Positions 37,627-46,714 of a DNA stretch of 64,000 bases are shown here, piece by piece (the stretch's first letter is position 1; each line of letters opens with the position of its first letter). The stretch comes from an uncultured Gemmatimonadales bacterium (GTDB lineage: Bacteria; Gemmatimonadota; Gemmatimonadetes; Gemmatimonadales; GWC2-71-9), in assembly GCA_963771275.1 (NCBI GenBank), contig CAVYSW010000011.1:79123-143122 (forward strand). The letters are read 5' to 3'. Made by a program: the position numbers and the translations under genes. Under the pieces are notes generated by a model that did no database searches, was not told the origin of the DNA, and was given only the letters and a program-made list of their open reading frames with translations.

Positions 37627-38079
37627 ATGTTCAAGTGGTTCGGCAAGGTCAACTTCACGCCGTACACGAAGGTCGGGGACTTCGCCCGTCACCTGCGGGA
37701 CGGCCGGCTCATGGGCTCGCGGTGCACGCGGTGCGGGGCGACCGCGTTCCCCCCGCGGGCCGACTGCGACGCCTGCCTGAGCGGCGCCTTCGAGTTCGTC
37801 GAAGTGAGCGGCCGGGCGACCCTCACCACCTATACCAAGATCGTGGCGGCCCCGACCGGCTTCGAGGATCTTGCCCCGTACATCATCGGGGTCGTCGATC
37901 TCGCGGAGGGCGGGCGGGCGCTCGCGTGGTTCGGCGAGACCATCCCCGAGGAGGACATCGCGATCGGGATGGCGCTGCAGCTGGTTCCGCGGATGTTCGA
38001 GGAGCTGGAGGAGATCAAGGTTTACTACAGTCTGGAGCGGCCCGGCACCACATGGTCGAAAGCGGCGCAGCCGGCGTGA
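37627..38079 (+). CDS. DUF35 Zn-ribbon/OB-fold protein (thiolase partner)
   Basis: CTRCG..FPPR..CDAC; PYIIGVVDL.EG. Confidence 0.88.
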   Translation: MFKWFGKVNFTPYTKVGDFARHLRDGRLMGSRCTRCGATAFPPRADCDACLSGAFEFVEVSGRATLTTYTKIVAAPTGFEDLAPYIIGVVDLAEGGRALAWFGETIPEEDIAIGMALQLVPRMFEELEEIKVYYSLERPGTTWSKAAQPA

Positions 38080-38161
38080 GCCGGCCTGGACCGCGCATCC
38101 CACCGTCCACGCCGACGTGATCCCAGGGGAAGGCCAGGGGCGAATTGACGAGGGTACGCGA

Positions 38162-38920
38162 ATGAGCCTAAAGGTGACAAGCGAAGACGGGATTGGCACG
38201 CTCACGTTGAGCCATCCGCCGCTCAACATCCTGACGCGGGAGCTGCTGCGGGAGCTGCGCGAGGCGCTCGAGCGGCTGGCCGCGGAGCAGGGGCTCCGGG
38301 TCGTGCTGCTCCGGGCCGAGGGAAAGCACTTCTCGGCGGGCGCGGACGTGGGCGAGCACCTGCCTCCGGCGTTCGAGCAGCTCATCCCCGAGTTCATGCG
38401 GACGATCGCCGCGCTGCGCGACTTCCCGCTGCCGGTGGTGGCGGCGGTGCGCGGCCGCTGCCTGGGCGGCGGGTTCGAGCTGGTACAGGGGGCGGACATC
38501 CTCGTGGCCGGCGACGGCGCGAGCTTCGGCCAGCCCGAGATCATGCTTGGCGTGATTCCGCCGGCGGCCTGCCCGCTGCTCCCCATGCTGTGCGCGCCGG
38601 GCCGCGCGGCGGAGATCGTGCTCACCGGCGATCCGCTCACGGCGGCCGACGCCGAGCGGGCGGGCCTGGTCGCCAAGCGGGTACCGGACGACCGGGTCGA
38701 GGACGAGGCGCTTGCGCTGTGCCGTCGGATCAGCCGGCACAGCGCGGCGGCCCTGCGCGTCGCCAAGCGGGCGCTCCGCAGCGGCGAAGCCGCCACGCGC
38801 CCCGCCGCGTTCGCGGCGGCCGAGCGGCTCTACCTCCACGACCTGATGGGGACGGCGGACGCGCGCGAGGGGCTCACGGCCTTCCTCGAGAAGCGCCAGC
38901 CGTCGTGGACCCACCGATGA
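38162..38920 (+). CDS. dch: Cyclohexa-1,5-diene-1-carbonyl-CoA hydratase (enoyl-CoA hydratase family)
   Basis: PPLNIL, HFSAGADVGEH, CLGGGFEL, GQPEIMLGV, LYLHDLM.T.DA.EGL.AF.EKR. Immediately upstream of bcrC. Confidence 0.82.
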   Translation: MSLKVTSEDGIGTLTLSHPPLNILTRELLRELREALERLAAEQGLRVVLLRAEGKHFSAGADVGEHLPPAFEQLIPEFMRTIAALRDFPLPVVAAVRGRCLGGGFELVQGADILVAGDGASFGQPEIMLGVIPPAACPLLPMLCAPGRAAEIVLTGDPLTAADAERAGLVAKRVPDDRVEDEALALCRRISRHSAAALRVAKRALRSGEAATRPAAFAAAERLYLHDLMGTADAREGLTAFLEKRQPSWTHR

Positions 38921-40086
38921 GCGCCATCGTCACGTTTCCCGCCTGGCGCGATCAGCCGCTCGACCAGGTGCTGTACGCCTGCCGCGAGCTGCTGGAGGAT
39001 CCAGGCTATCCCACGGTGCGGCGGTGGCGGGAGGCCGGCGGCAAGGTCGTGGGCCATTTCCAGGTCTACTTCCCCGAGGAGATCGTCCACGCCGCCGGGG
39101 CGCTGCCGTTCAAGGTGCGCGGGGGACAGGTGGAGGCCACGCAAGCCGATTCGCACTTCGGGTCGTATCTCTGCTCGATCGTGAAGACCTCGCTCGAGCT
39201 CGTGCTGAGCCGTCGCATCGAGCTGGAGATGTTCGTCACCCACCCCATCTGCGACGCCGCGCGCAATCTCGCGGCGGTATGGGGGCGGAATTTCACCTAT
39301 CCGTGCCAGATCCTCTACCTCCCGCAGAACGCCAACTCAGCGCACGCAGCCGAGTATCTGCGGGGCGAGTACGACCGGCTGCGGCGCGCGGTCGAGGCGG
39401 TCACCGGCCGCCGGGTGACGGACGACGGTCTGCGGGCGTCGCTGGCGGTGTTCAACGAGAACCGGGCGCTGCTGCGCGAGCTCTATGCCCTGAAGCGCGC
39501 CACCCCGTGGCTCGTCGCGGCCGAGGACGCTTACGCGCTGACGGCGGTCGGCGGCATGCTCCCGCGGGAGGAGCACAACGCACTGCTCCGGGCGGTGCTG
39601 CCGCAGCTGCGCGCGCGTCCCGCCAAGCGGCAGGACCGGATTCGCGTGGCCTTCGAGGGCGGCTTCTGCGAGCAGCCGCCGCTCGACCTGATCCGGATGA
39701 TCGGCCAGTCCTGCTACGTGGTGGACGACGACCTGATGATCGGCCTGCGCTGGATCCTCGACGACGTGGCCGTCGACGGCGACCCGCTGCGCAACCTCGC
39801 CGAGGCGTACCTCGAGCGCTCGTCGTACAGCCCGGTGCAGCACGATCTCCGGAAGCCGAAGGAGCGGATGCTGCTCGAGCGGCTGAGGGGGGCCGACGCC
39901 CAGGCCGCGATCGTCACGGCGGCGAAGATGTGCGAGCCCGGCCTCGAGGAGCAGGTGGCGTACACGCGGGCGCTCGACAGGGAGGGCGTGCCCTACTTCG
40001 TGAGCGAGTTCGAGGAGAACATGACCAGCTTCGAGCATCTCGAAGTGCAGCTCGAGACGTTCGTGGAGAACATCCTGTTCGAGTGA
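38917..40086 (+). CDS. bcrC: Class I benzoyl-CoA reductase subunit C
   Basis: VYFPEEIVHAAG, SYLC, ICDAARNL, PQN, GFCEQPPLDLI, CYVVDDD, MCEP. 2-hydroxyacyl-CoA dehydratase fold; ATGA overlap with dch. Confidence 0.87.
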   Translation: MSAIVTFPAWRDQPLDQVLYACRELLEDPGYPTVRRWREAGGKVVGHFQVYFPEEIVHAAGALPFKVRGGQVEATQADSHFGSYLCSIVKTSLELVLSRRIELEMFVTHPICDAARNLAAVWGRNFTYPCQILYLPQNANSAHAAEYLRGEYDRLRRAVEAVTGRRVTDDGLRASLAVFNENRALLRELYALKRATPWLVAAEDAYALTAVGGMLPREEHNALLRAVLPQLRARPAKRQDRIRVAFEGGFCEQPPLDLIRMIGQSCYVVDDDLMIGLRWILDDVAVDGDPLRNLAEAYLERSSYSPVQHDLRKPKERMLLERLRGADAQAAIVTAAKMCEPGLEEQVAYTRALDREGVPYFVSEFEENMTSFEHLEVQLETFVENILFE

Positions 40087-40099
40087 GGCGGAGTCCCCC

Positions 40100-41398
40100 A
40101 TGACGGACGTGAGCGACGCGACGATCGTCGGACGCGGCAACAAGGACGGGGCGCGGCTGTTCCGCGAGTGGTTCGAGGGACTCGGGGCGGCGGCGGCCGA
40201 GGGCCGAGGGGCGGCCTACGTCTTCGTGATGGGCAGCCTCGCCGAGCTGCTGCGCGTGTTCGACCTGCCGATCGTGTTCCCGGAGATCAACTCGCTGCAG
40301 ACGGCGGTCCGCCGCGTGGCGTACGACTACCTGAACGAGGCCGAGGACTACGGCTACTCACCGGACGTGTGCGGCTACGTGAAGGCCGACGTGGCCACGC
40401 AGCTGCGCGGCGGTGTGCTGCCGATGGGGCGGATCCCCAAGCCGGGGATCGCGGTGCACACCAACGCCTGCAACACCTACATCAAGTGGGCGGAGATCTG
40501 GGAGCGGATGTACCACGTCCCGACCTTCACACTCGACATCCCGGGGACGCGCGCGGCCGGCACGCAGACGTGGCAGGGCGATCCGGATTTCGAGAACGAC
40601 CGGCGCTACGTGGAGGCGCAGCTCCGCGAGCTGATCCCGCTGCTCGAGCAGGTCTCCGGCGTCCGGTTCGACGTGGACCGGCTCAGGGAGAGCATGGAGC
40701 AGGCCAACCTGATGAGCCGGCACTGGAAGCGGGTGCTCGAGCTGAATCAGACCCGGCCCTCGGTATTCAACGCGCTCACCGACGGCACGATCTATCTCGG
40801 CGTGGCCAACGGGTTCCGGGGCCTGCCCGCGGGCGCGGCCTATTTCGCGGATCTCGTGGAGGAGATGGAGCACAAGAGCGCGCACGGCATCGGCACGATC
40901 ACGGACGAGCGCTACCGGCTGATCTTCGTGGGGGTGCCCTGCTATCCCATCTTCCGCCGGTTTTCCGAGATGTTCACGGAGCTGGGCGGCACGTTCGTGA
41001 GCTCGACCTACCTGCGCTTCGCGTCGGGCGGCACCAGCCGCGGCTTCGAGTACGACACGCGACGTCCGGTCGAGAGCCTGGCCGAGGGCGTGCTGATCAG
41101 CGTGCGGGACGCGATGGACAACATGTTCTACCAGACCGGCATTCTGCTCGAGATGGTCGACCAGTTCCACGCCGACGGGATCGTCTACCATCCGATCAAG
41201 AGCTGCCGCACCGTTTCGACCGGCCTCGCCGACAGCCGGCGCGCCCTGATGCACCAGCGTGACGTGCCGAGCCTCTACATCGAGTCCGACATGATGGACC
41301 GCCGCGTGGTTTCGGAGGCCCAGCTCAAGAACCGCATCGACGCGTTCTTCGAGGGTCTGGCCTCGCGCGAGCGCCAGGCCGCGGGCCGGCACGCGTAG
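40100..41398 (+). CDS. bcrB: Class I benzoyl-CoA reductase subunit B
   Basis: [63 protein letters not shown]. Confidence 0.87.
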   Translation: MTDVSDATIVGRGNKDGARLFREWFEGLGAAAAEGRGAAYVFVMGSLAELLRVFDLPIVFPEINSLQTAVRRVAYDYLNEAEDYGYSPDVCGYVKADVATQLRGGVLPMGRIPKPGIAVHTNACNTYIKWAEIWERMYHVPTFTLDIPGTRAAGTQTWQGDPDFENDRRYVEAQLRELIPLLEQVSGVRFDVDRLRESMEQANLMSRHWKRVLELNQTRPSVFNALTDGTIYLGVANGFRGLPAGAAYFADLVEEMEHKSAHGIGTITDERYRLIFVGVPCYPIFRRFSEMFTELGGTFVSSTYLRFASGGTSRGFEYDTRRPVESLAEGVLISVRDAMDNMFYQTGILLEMVDQFHADGIVYHPIKSCRTVSTGLADSRRALMHQRDVPSLYIESDMMDRRVVSEAQLKNRIDAFFEGLASRERQAAGRHA

Positions 41399-41421
41399 AC
41401 GACCGCTCACAGGGGAGCCCC

Positions 41422-42231
41422 ATGGCGTATGCAGCCGGCGTGGACGTCGGGTCCACGCAAACCAAGGCCGTGATCATCGACGAGGCGCAGCGCATCGTGG
41501 CGCGGTCGCTGACGATGACCGGTGCCAACGTGGTCCGCGCCGCGGAACAGTCCTACCAGGAGGCGCTGGCCGCGGGCGACCTGCGCGAAGAAGAGGTCGA
41601 GTACGTCGTCGGCACGGGCTACGGCCGGTACAAGGTCACGTTCGGCAACACGCAGGTGACCGAGATCAGCTGTCACGGGCGTGGGGCCGTCCACATGTTC
41701 CCCGCCACGCGCACCGTGGTGGACATGGGGGGCCAGGACACCAAGGCCATCCGGGTCGCCGCCACCGGTGAAATCGTCGATTTCTGCATGAACGACAAGT
41801 GCGCGGCCGGCACGGGGCGCTTCCTCGGCGCGGCCGCGAGTGCGCTGGACATCCCGCTGGCGGAGCTTGGCGCGACGGCGCGGCGCGGCGAGCGGGCGGT
41901 GAAGATCAGCACCACGTGCACCGTGTTCGCCGAGTCGGAAGTGCTCTCGTGGCTCGGCCGGGGCAAGAAGATCGAGGACATCCTGCTCGGCGTGCACCAG
42001 TCGATCGCGGGTCGGTCGGCGGGGCTGCTGCGTCGCGTCGGCATCGAGGACGAGGTCACGTTCACCGGGGGCGTGGCGCGCAACGTGGCCATGATCGACG
42101 CGTTGCAGGCGAGCCTGGGCCACCCGGTCAACGTCAGCGAGGAATCGCATTACATGGGCGCGCTGGGCGCCGCGCTCTTCGCCCTCGATCACATCCTCGC
42201 GGCGCGCGCCCCCGTGAGGTCGGACGCATGA
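41422..42231 (+). CDS. bcrA: Benzoyl-CoA reductase ATP-dependent activator subunit A (short form)
   Basis: [65 protein letters not shown] activase. Confidence 0.8.
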   Translation: MAYAAGVDVGSTQTKAVIIDEAQRIVARSLTMTGANVVRAAEQSYQEALAAGDLREEEVEYVVGTGYGRYKVTFGNTQVTEISCHGRGAVHMFPATRTVVDMGGQDTKAIRVAATGEIVDFCMNDKCAAGTGRFLGAAASALDIPLAELGATARRGERAVKISTTCTVFAESEVLSWLGRGKKIEDILLGVHQSIAGRSAGLLRRVGIEDEVTFTGGVARNVAMIDALQASLGHPVNVSEESHYMGALGAALFALDHILAARAPVRSDA

Positions 42232-43049
42232 CGCGCTACACCGCCGGCATCGACGTCGGCTCGACCTACACCAAGGCCGTGCTGCTGGCCGGCGAGCGCG
42301 ACATCGCCGGGCGGGCCATGCTCCCCACCGGGTTCAAGCTGGCGCACGTGGCCGAGCAGGCCCTGGCCGCCGCCGCCGCGGACGCCGGGATCGCCGCGAG
42401 CGAGGTGGCGTACGTGGTCGCCACCGGGTTCGGCCGTCACCAGGTGGGCATCGCCGACCTCAAGGTCACCGACCTCACCGCGGCCGCGCGCGGCACCACC
42501 CTGCTGTTCCCCGGCACGCGCACCATCCTCGACGTCGGCGGCCAGACGATGAAGGCGAGCCGCCTGGGCGACGGCGCCAAGGTCAAGTCGTTCCGGCTCA
42601 ACGACAAGTGCGCCGCGGGCACGGGGGCGTTCCTCGAGAAGACCGCGCGCTACATGGGGTACGACACGCGCGAGATCGGCGCGCTGGTGGACACGTCGAA
42701 GGAGGCGATCACGATCTCGGGCGTATGCGCGGTGTTCGCCGAGTCGGAGGTGATCAACCACCTGTCGCAGGGCGTCGCGCCGGCGGACATCATGCACGGC
42801 GCCATCGTCTCCCTGGTCGGACGCTCGGTGCAGCTGATGAAGCGGGTCCGCATGGAGCCCGAATTCACGCTGATCGGCGGGATCCTGCGGTTCCGGCGGA
42901 TGGTGGACGTGGTGCGCACGGAGCTGGGCATGGAGGTGAACGTGCCGGACGGCGACCTCGTGCAGTTCACATCAGCCCTCGGGGCCGCGCTGCTCGGCCA
43001 GCGGCAACTGGAACGGGCCACCGAGCAGGCCGCACCGGCCGACAACTAG
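42228..43049 (+). CDS. bcrD: Benzoyl-CoA reductase ATP-dependent activator subunit D
   Basis: [51 protein letters not shown] overlap with bcrA. Confidence 0.8.
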   Translation: MTRYTAGIDVGSTYTKAVLLAGERDIAGRAMLPTGFKLAHVAEQALAAAAADAGIAASEVAYVVATGFGRHQVGIADLKVTDLTAAARGTTLLFPGTRTILDVGGQTMKASRLGDGAKVKSFRLNDKCAAGTGAFLEKTARYMGYDTREIGALVDTSKEAITISGVCAVFAESEVINHLSQGVAPADIMHGAIVSLVGRSVQLMKRVRMEPEFTLIGGILRFRRMVDVVRTELGMEVNVPDGDLVQFTSALGAALLGQRQLERATEQAAPADN

Positions 43050-43123
43050 GACCCCTCCGAGCGGGGTCGCGTCACGGATGCCCCGCGGCGAGCGCTGAGA
43101 CCGCGGAGCAGGAGATCACGCCC

Positions 43124-43444
43124 TTGCCAGACCCCCATTCCTCCGGGCAGCCGGCCGACCTGGCCCGGTCGCTCGGCGCGATCGTGGAGCAGGAGGCCAG
43201 ACGGATGCTGTCGGCCGCCGCGCTCCAGGGCGACCCGCGGCTGCTCGCGGAGGGCTGGGAGCGGCGCTTCATGACTGACGGGGCGCGCGCCCAGGAAGCG
43301 GTGGAGCTGTACGCCGCGCTGGGCTACGAGGTGCGCGCCGAGCCGGTCCACCGCGACGACGTGGCGGAGGACTGCGAGGAGTGCCAGCTCCTGATGCTGC
43401 TCAAGTTCGCGACGATCTACACCCGCAAGCGGGGCGCCGCGTAG
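43124..43444 (+). CDS. Small hypothetical protein with a CxxC motif
   Basis: GWERRF…EAVELY..LGYEV…CEEC…TIYTR. TTG start at 43124 after GGAG (alternative ATG 43205). GC-rich third codon positions. Confidence 0.75.
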   Translation: MPDPHSSGQPADLARSLGAIVEQEARRMLSAAALQGDPRLLAEGWERRFMTDGARAQEAVELYAALGYEVRAEPVHRDDVAEDCEECQLLMLLKFATIYTRKRGAA

Positions 43445-43453
43445 GCCACGGCG

Positions 43454-44533
43454 CTAAGCGCGCGCCAGCTGCCGCACGACCATGTCGCCCATGGCGGAGG
43501 TCGCGATCCCGCTCCGCGCGTCGGCCGAGGGCACGGCGCCGCTTGCCAGCAGATCCGCCACCGCTCGCTCGACCCGCGCGGCGGCCCGCGCCTCCCCGAC
43601 GAAGTCGAGCATCATGCCTACCGCGCCGATCGCGCCGAGCGGGCACGCCACGTTCTTCCCCGCGTGCTTCGGCGCCGAGCCGTGGATCGGCTCGAACATC
43701 GAGGTCTTGCCGGGGTGGATGTTGCCGGACGCCGCGACCCCCATCCCGCCCTGCAACATCGCGCCGAGGTCGGTGATGATGTCCCCGAACAGGTTGGCGG
43801 TGACCAGCACGTCGAACCACTCCGGGTTCTTGATCATCCACATGCAGCAGGCGTCGACGTACGCGTGATCCGTCCCGATCTCGGGGAAGTCCCGCGCCAC
43901 GGCGGCGAACGCGCGGGTCCAGATGTCCTGCGGCCGGACGGCATTGGCCTTGTCCACGAGCGTCACCTGGGCCTTGTGTCCCGGGCCGCGCTCCGCGGCG
44001 CGCTTGCGGGCCACCTCGAAGGCGTAGCGCGACGCCCGCTCGCAGCCCTTCCACGTGTACACGCCGTTGACGAGCGCCACCTCGTCCGGGGTGCCCTTCT
44101 TGAAGTGGCCGCCGATCTGGGAATACATGCCCTCGGTGTTCTCGCGCACGACCACGAAGTCGATGTCGGCGGGCTGCTTCCCCTTGAGCGGGCAGAGGTG
44201 CTCGGCGTACAGCTTGATCGGGCGGAGGTTGATGTAGAGATCGAGCCCGAAGCGCAGGCCCAGGATGACCGAGCGTTCCACCAGGCCGGGCTCGACGTCC
44301 GGGTGCCCGATGGCGCCGAGCAGCACCGCGTCCAACGTGCGCCACTCGTCGATCACCGAGTCCGGCACGAGCTCCTTGGTCCTGAGGTAGTACTCGCCGC
44401 TGTAGGGGTACTCGACGAGCTTGTACTGAAAGCCCTCCGTGGCCGCCACCGCGTCGAGCACCTTGAGCCCCTCGGCCAGGACCTCCGGGCCGATGCCGTC
44501 CCCGGGAATCACCCCGATATCGTACGAAGCCAT
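43454..44533 (-). CDS. leuB: 3-isopropylmalate dehydrogenase-like beta-decarboxylating dehydrogenase
   Basis: PGDGIGPEV, NLRP, VVRENTEG.Y, VDKAN, YVDA, NLFGDIITD, FEPIHGSAP. Confidence 0.8.
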   Translation of the reverse strand: MASYDIGVIPGDGIGPEVLAEGLKVLDAVAATEGFQYKLVEYPYSGEYYLRTKELVPDSVIDEWRTLDAVLLGAIGHPDVEPGLVERSVILGLRFGLDLYINLRPIKLYAEHLCPLKGKQPADIDFVVVRENTEGMYSQIGGHFKKGTPDEVALVNGVYTWKGCERASRYAFEVARKRAAERGPGHKAQVTLVDKANAVRPQDIWTRAFAAVARDFPEIGTDHAYVDACCMWMIKNPEWFDVLVTANLFGDIITDLGAMLQGGMGVAASGNIHPGKTSMFEPIHGSAPKHAGKNVACPLGAIGAVGMMLDFVGEARAAARVERAVADLLASGAVPSADARSGIATSAMGDMVVRQLARA

Positions 44534-44698
44534 GCGTTCTCCCTCGCCGTCGCGAGGCCGAAAGTTGTAGGGAAGAGCGCTCCGCCGCGAGGGCCGGCCC
44601 GGGGCCCCGGCCGGCCGCGTTGTGGGCCGCCAGCCCGGAGCGCATCTTTGTGCGGGGACAGCGGGGTGTGCCCGCCCATGAGGAAGGAGACGTCACCC

Positions 44699-45403
44699 AT
44701 GCGATGCAAACGCTGCGGCCACGAGACGGCCGACACTGACAAGTTCTGCGCCGAGTGCGGACTGTTCCTGCGAGACGCGTTCGTCGACCACCGTCTGCTG
44801 CACGCGCTGGTCACCGAAATCGGAGGGAAGCACCGCGAGGCGCGACGAGAGCTCGAGCGCCTCGTCGAGGCCGAGCCCGACCACGTGCTGGCGAACCACC
44901 TGCTGGGCCGGATGTACTTCCACCAGGGAACGCTCGACCTGGCGATCGAGCGGTACCAGAAGGCCCTGGAGCTCGCCCCCCACTTCGTGGTCTGCTCGTA
45001 CGACCTGGGCGTGGCGTACTACCATCGCGGCAACATGCCCGAAGCCGTCCGCGCCTATCGTCGCTGTCTCGAGATCGACCCCAACTACAACGCCGCCCAC
45101 TACCGCCTCGCGATCGCCCTGTTCCACACCGGCGAGCTGGATCAGGCGTTGGAGAGCTTCGAGAAGTGCACCGCCCTCACGCCGGAGTACCTGATGGCGC
45201 GCTACCACATCGGCGTGATCTACGAGCGCATGGAGCAATGGGACGCGGCCGCCCGGGAGTTCCAGCGCAGCATGGACGAAGTGGTCGAGGACGTGAGCAG
45301 CCTGTACCACCTGGCGGAGTGCTACAAGCGCAAGGGCGATCCGCAGAAGGCGGCGAAGCTGCTCGAACGGGCGCGCCAGTTCCGCCGCGCCGCCGTGCCC
45401 TGA
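44699..45403 (+). CDS. Zn-ribbon plus tetratricopeptide-repeat protein
   Basis: MRCKRCG…KFCAECG followed by about five TPRs. RBS AGGAG. Confidence 0.85.
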   Translation: MRCKRCGHETADTDKFCAECGLFLRDAFVDHRLLHALVTEIGGKHREARRELERLVEAEPDHVLANHLLGRMYFHQGTLDLAIERYQKALELAPHFVVCSYDLGVAYYHRGNMPEAVRAYRRCLEIDPNYNAAHYRLAIALFHTGELDQALESFEKCTALTPEYLMARYHIGVIYERMEQWDAAAREFQRSMDEVVEDVSSLYHLAECYKRKGDPQKAAKLLERARQFRRAAVP

Positions 45404-45410
45404 GGACGCC

Positions 45411-46652
45411 ATGACCAGCGCCCTCCCCGAGGACCGGCTGATCTACGACTGGGCGTCCGCCGACGAGTCGCGGCCGCGCCTGGCGATGCTGGACGACGAG
45501 ACGCTGCGCGACGGCCTGCAAAGCCCCTCGGTCACGGACCCGCCCACCGAGGTGAAGATCCGGATCCTCCACCTGATGGACAGCCTCGGCATCGAGACCG
45601 CCGACATCGGGTTGCCGGGGGCGGGGCCGCGCCAGCGCGACGCCGTCGAGCGGCTGTGCCGCGAGATCGCCGACAGCCGTCTCCGCATCAAGGCGAATTG
45701 CGCGGCCCGCACCATGATCGTCGACATCCAGCCGATCGCCGACGTGGTGCAGAAGACCGGCGTTCCGATCGAAGCCTGCGTGTTCATCGGGAGCAGCCCC
45801 ATCCGGCAGTACGCGGAGGAGTGGGACCTGCAGCACATCCTGCGCCACACGCGGGAGGCGGTGGGGTTTGCGGTGCGGGAAGGTCTCGACGTGATGTACG
45901 TGACGGAGGACACGATCCGGGCCAGGCCGGAGGATCTGCGGCTGCTGCTCACCACCGGGATCGAAGCGGGCGCCAAGCGGCTCTGCCTGTGCGACACGGT
46001 GGGCGCCGCGGTGCCCTGGGGCGTGCGGCACCTCGTGTCCTGGGTCGGGAAGCTGCTCGACGAGCTCGGCCTGGCCGATCGCATCGGCATCGACTGGCAC
46101 GGCCATCGCGACCGGGGGCTCGACGTCGCCAACACGCTGGCGGCGCTCGCGGCCGGCGCCACCCGCGTGCACGGCACCGCCCTCGGAGTCGGCGAGCGGG
46201 TGGGCAACACGCCGATGGAGCAGCTGCTGGTGAACCTCAAGCTGCTCGGCTGGCGGAACGACGACCTGTCGGGGCTGCCCGACTACACGGAGACCGTCTC
46301 GCAGGCCGTGGGCGTGCCGATCCCGGTGAACACGCCGATCGTGGGCCGGGATGCGTTCCGCACCGCCACGGGCGTCCATGCGGCCGCCGTGATCAAGGCC
46401 CAGCGCAAGGGTCAGTCCTGGCTCGCGGACCGCGTGTACTCGGGCGTGCCGGCAAGCTGGGTGGGGCGGCAGCAGGAGATCGAGATCGGGCACATGTCCG
46501 GCAACTCGAACGTGCTGTTCTTCCTGCGCGCCCGCGGACTGCCCGACGCGCCGGAGGTCGTGGAAGCGGTGCTCGCCAAGGCGAAGGAGTCCGAGCGGCT
46601 CCTCACCGAAGAGGAGATCCGCGACGTGGTCCAGCGGGTCGCGAACCGGTAG
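45411..46652 (+). CDS. LeuA-family (DRE-TIM) 2-oxoacid:acetyl-CoA condensing enzyme lacking the C-terminal regulatory domain
   Basis: DETLRDGLQ, CDTVG, WHGHRD.G, GVGERVGN, AF.TATGVH, GHMSG. 413 aa. Confidence 0.85.
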   Translation: MTSALPEDRLIYDWASADESRPRLAMLDDETLRDGLQSPSVTDPPTEVKIRILHLMDSLGIETADIGLPGAGPRQRDAVERLCREIADSRLRIKANCAARTMIVDIQPIADVVQKTGVPIEACVFIGSSPIRQYAEEWDLQHILRHTREAVGFAVREGLDVMYVTEDTIRARPEDLRLLLTTGIEAGAKRLCLCDTVGAAVPWGVRHLVSWVGKLLDELGLADRIGIDWHGHRDRGLDVANTLAALAAGATRVHGTALGVGERVGNTPMEQLLVNLKLLGWRNDDLSGLPDYTETVSQAVGVPIPVNTPIVGRDAFRTATGVHAAAVIKAQRKGQSWLADRVYSGVPASWVGRQQEIEIGHMSGNSNVLFFLRARGLPDAPEVVEAVLAKAKESERLLTEEEIRDVVQRVANR

Positions 46653-46714
46653 CGGGCACCTGTGCCCGACCGCCGTGACGAGCTGCCGGGTCAGCAGCAG
46701 GAGGAATGCACGTC

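Noticed and set aside
38917..43049. Alternative call as 2-hydroxyacyl-CoA dehydratase plus activator (HgdABC/FldBCI)
   Set aside because: Two distinct activator subunits and adjacent had, oah and dch favour benzoyl-CoA reductase.
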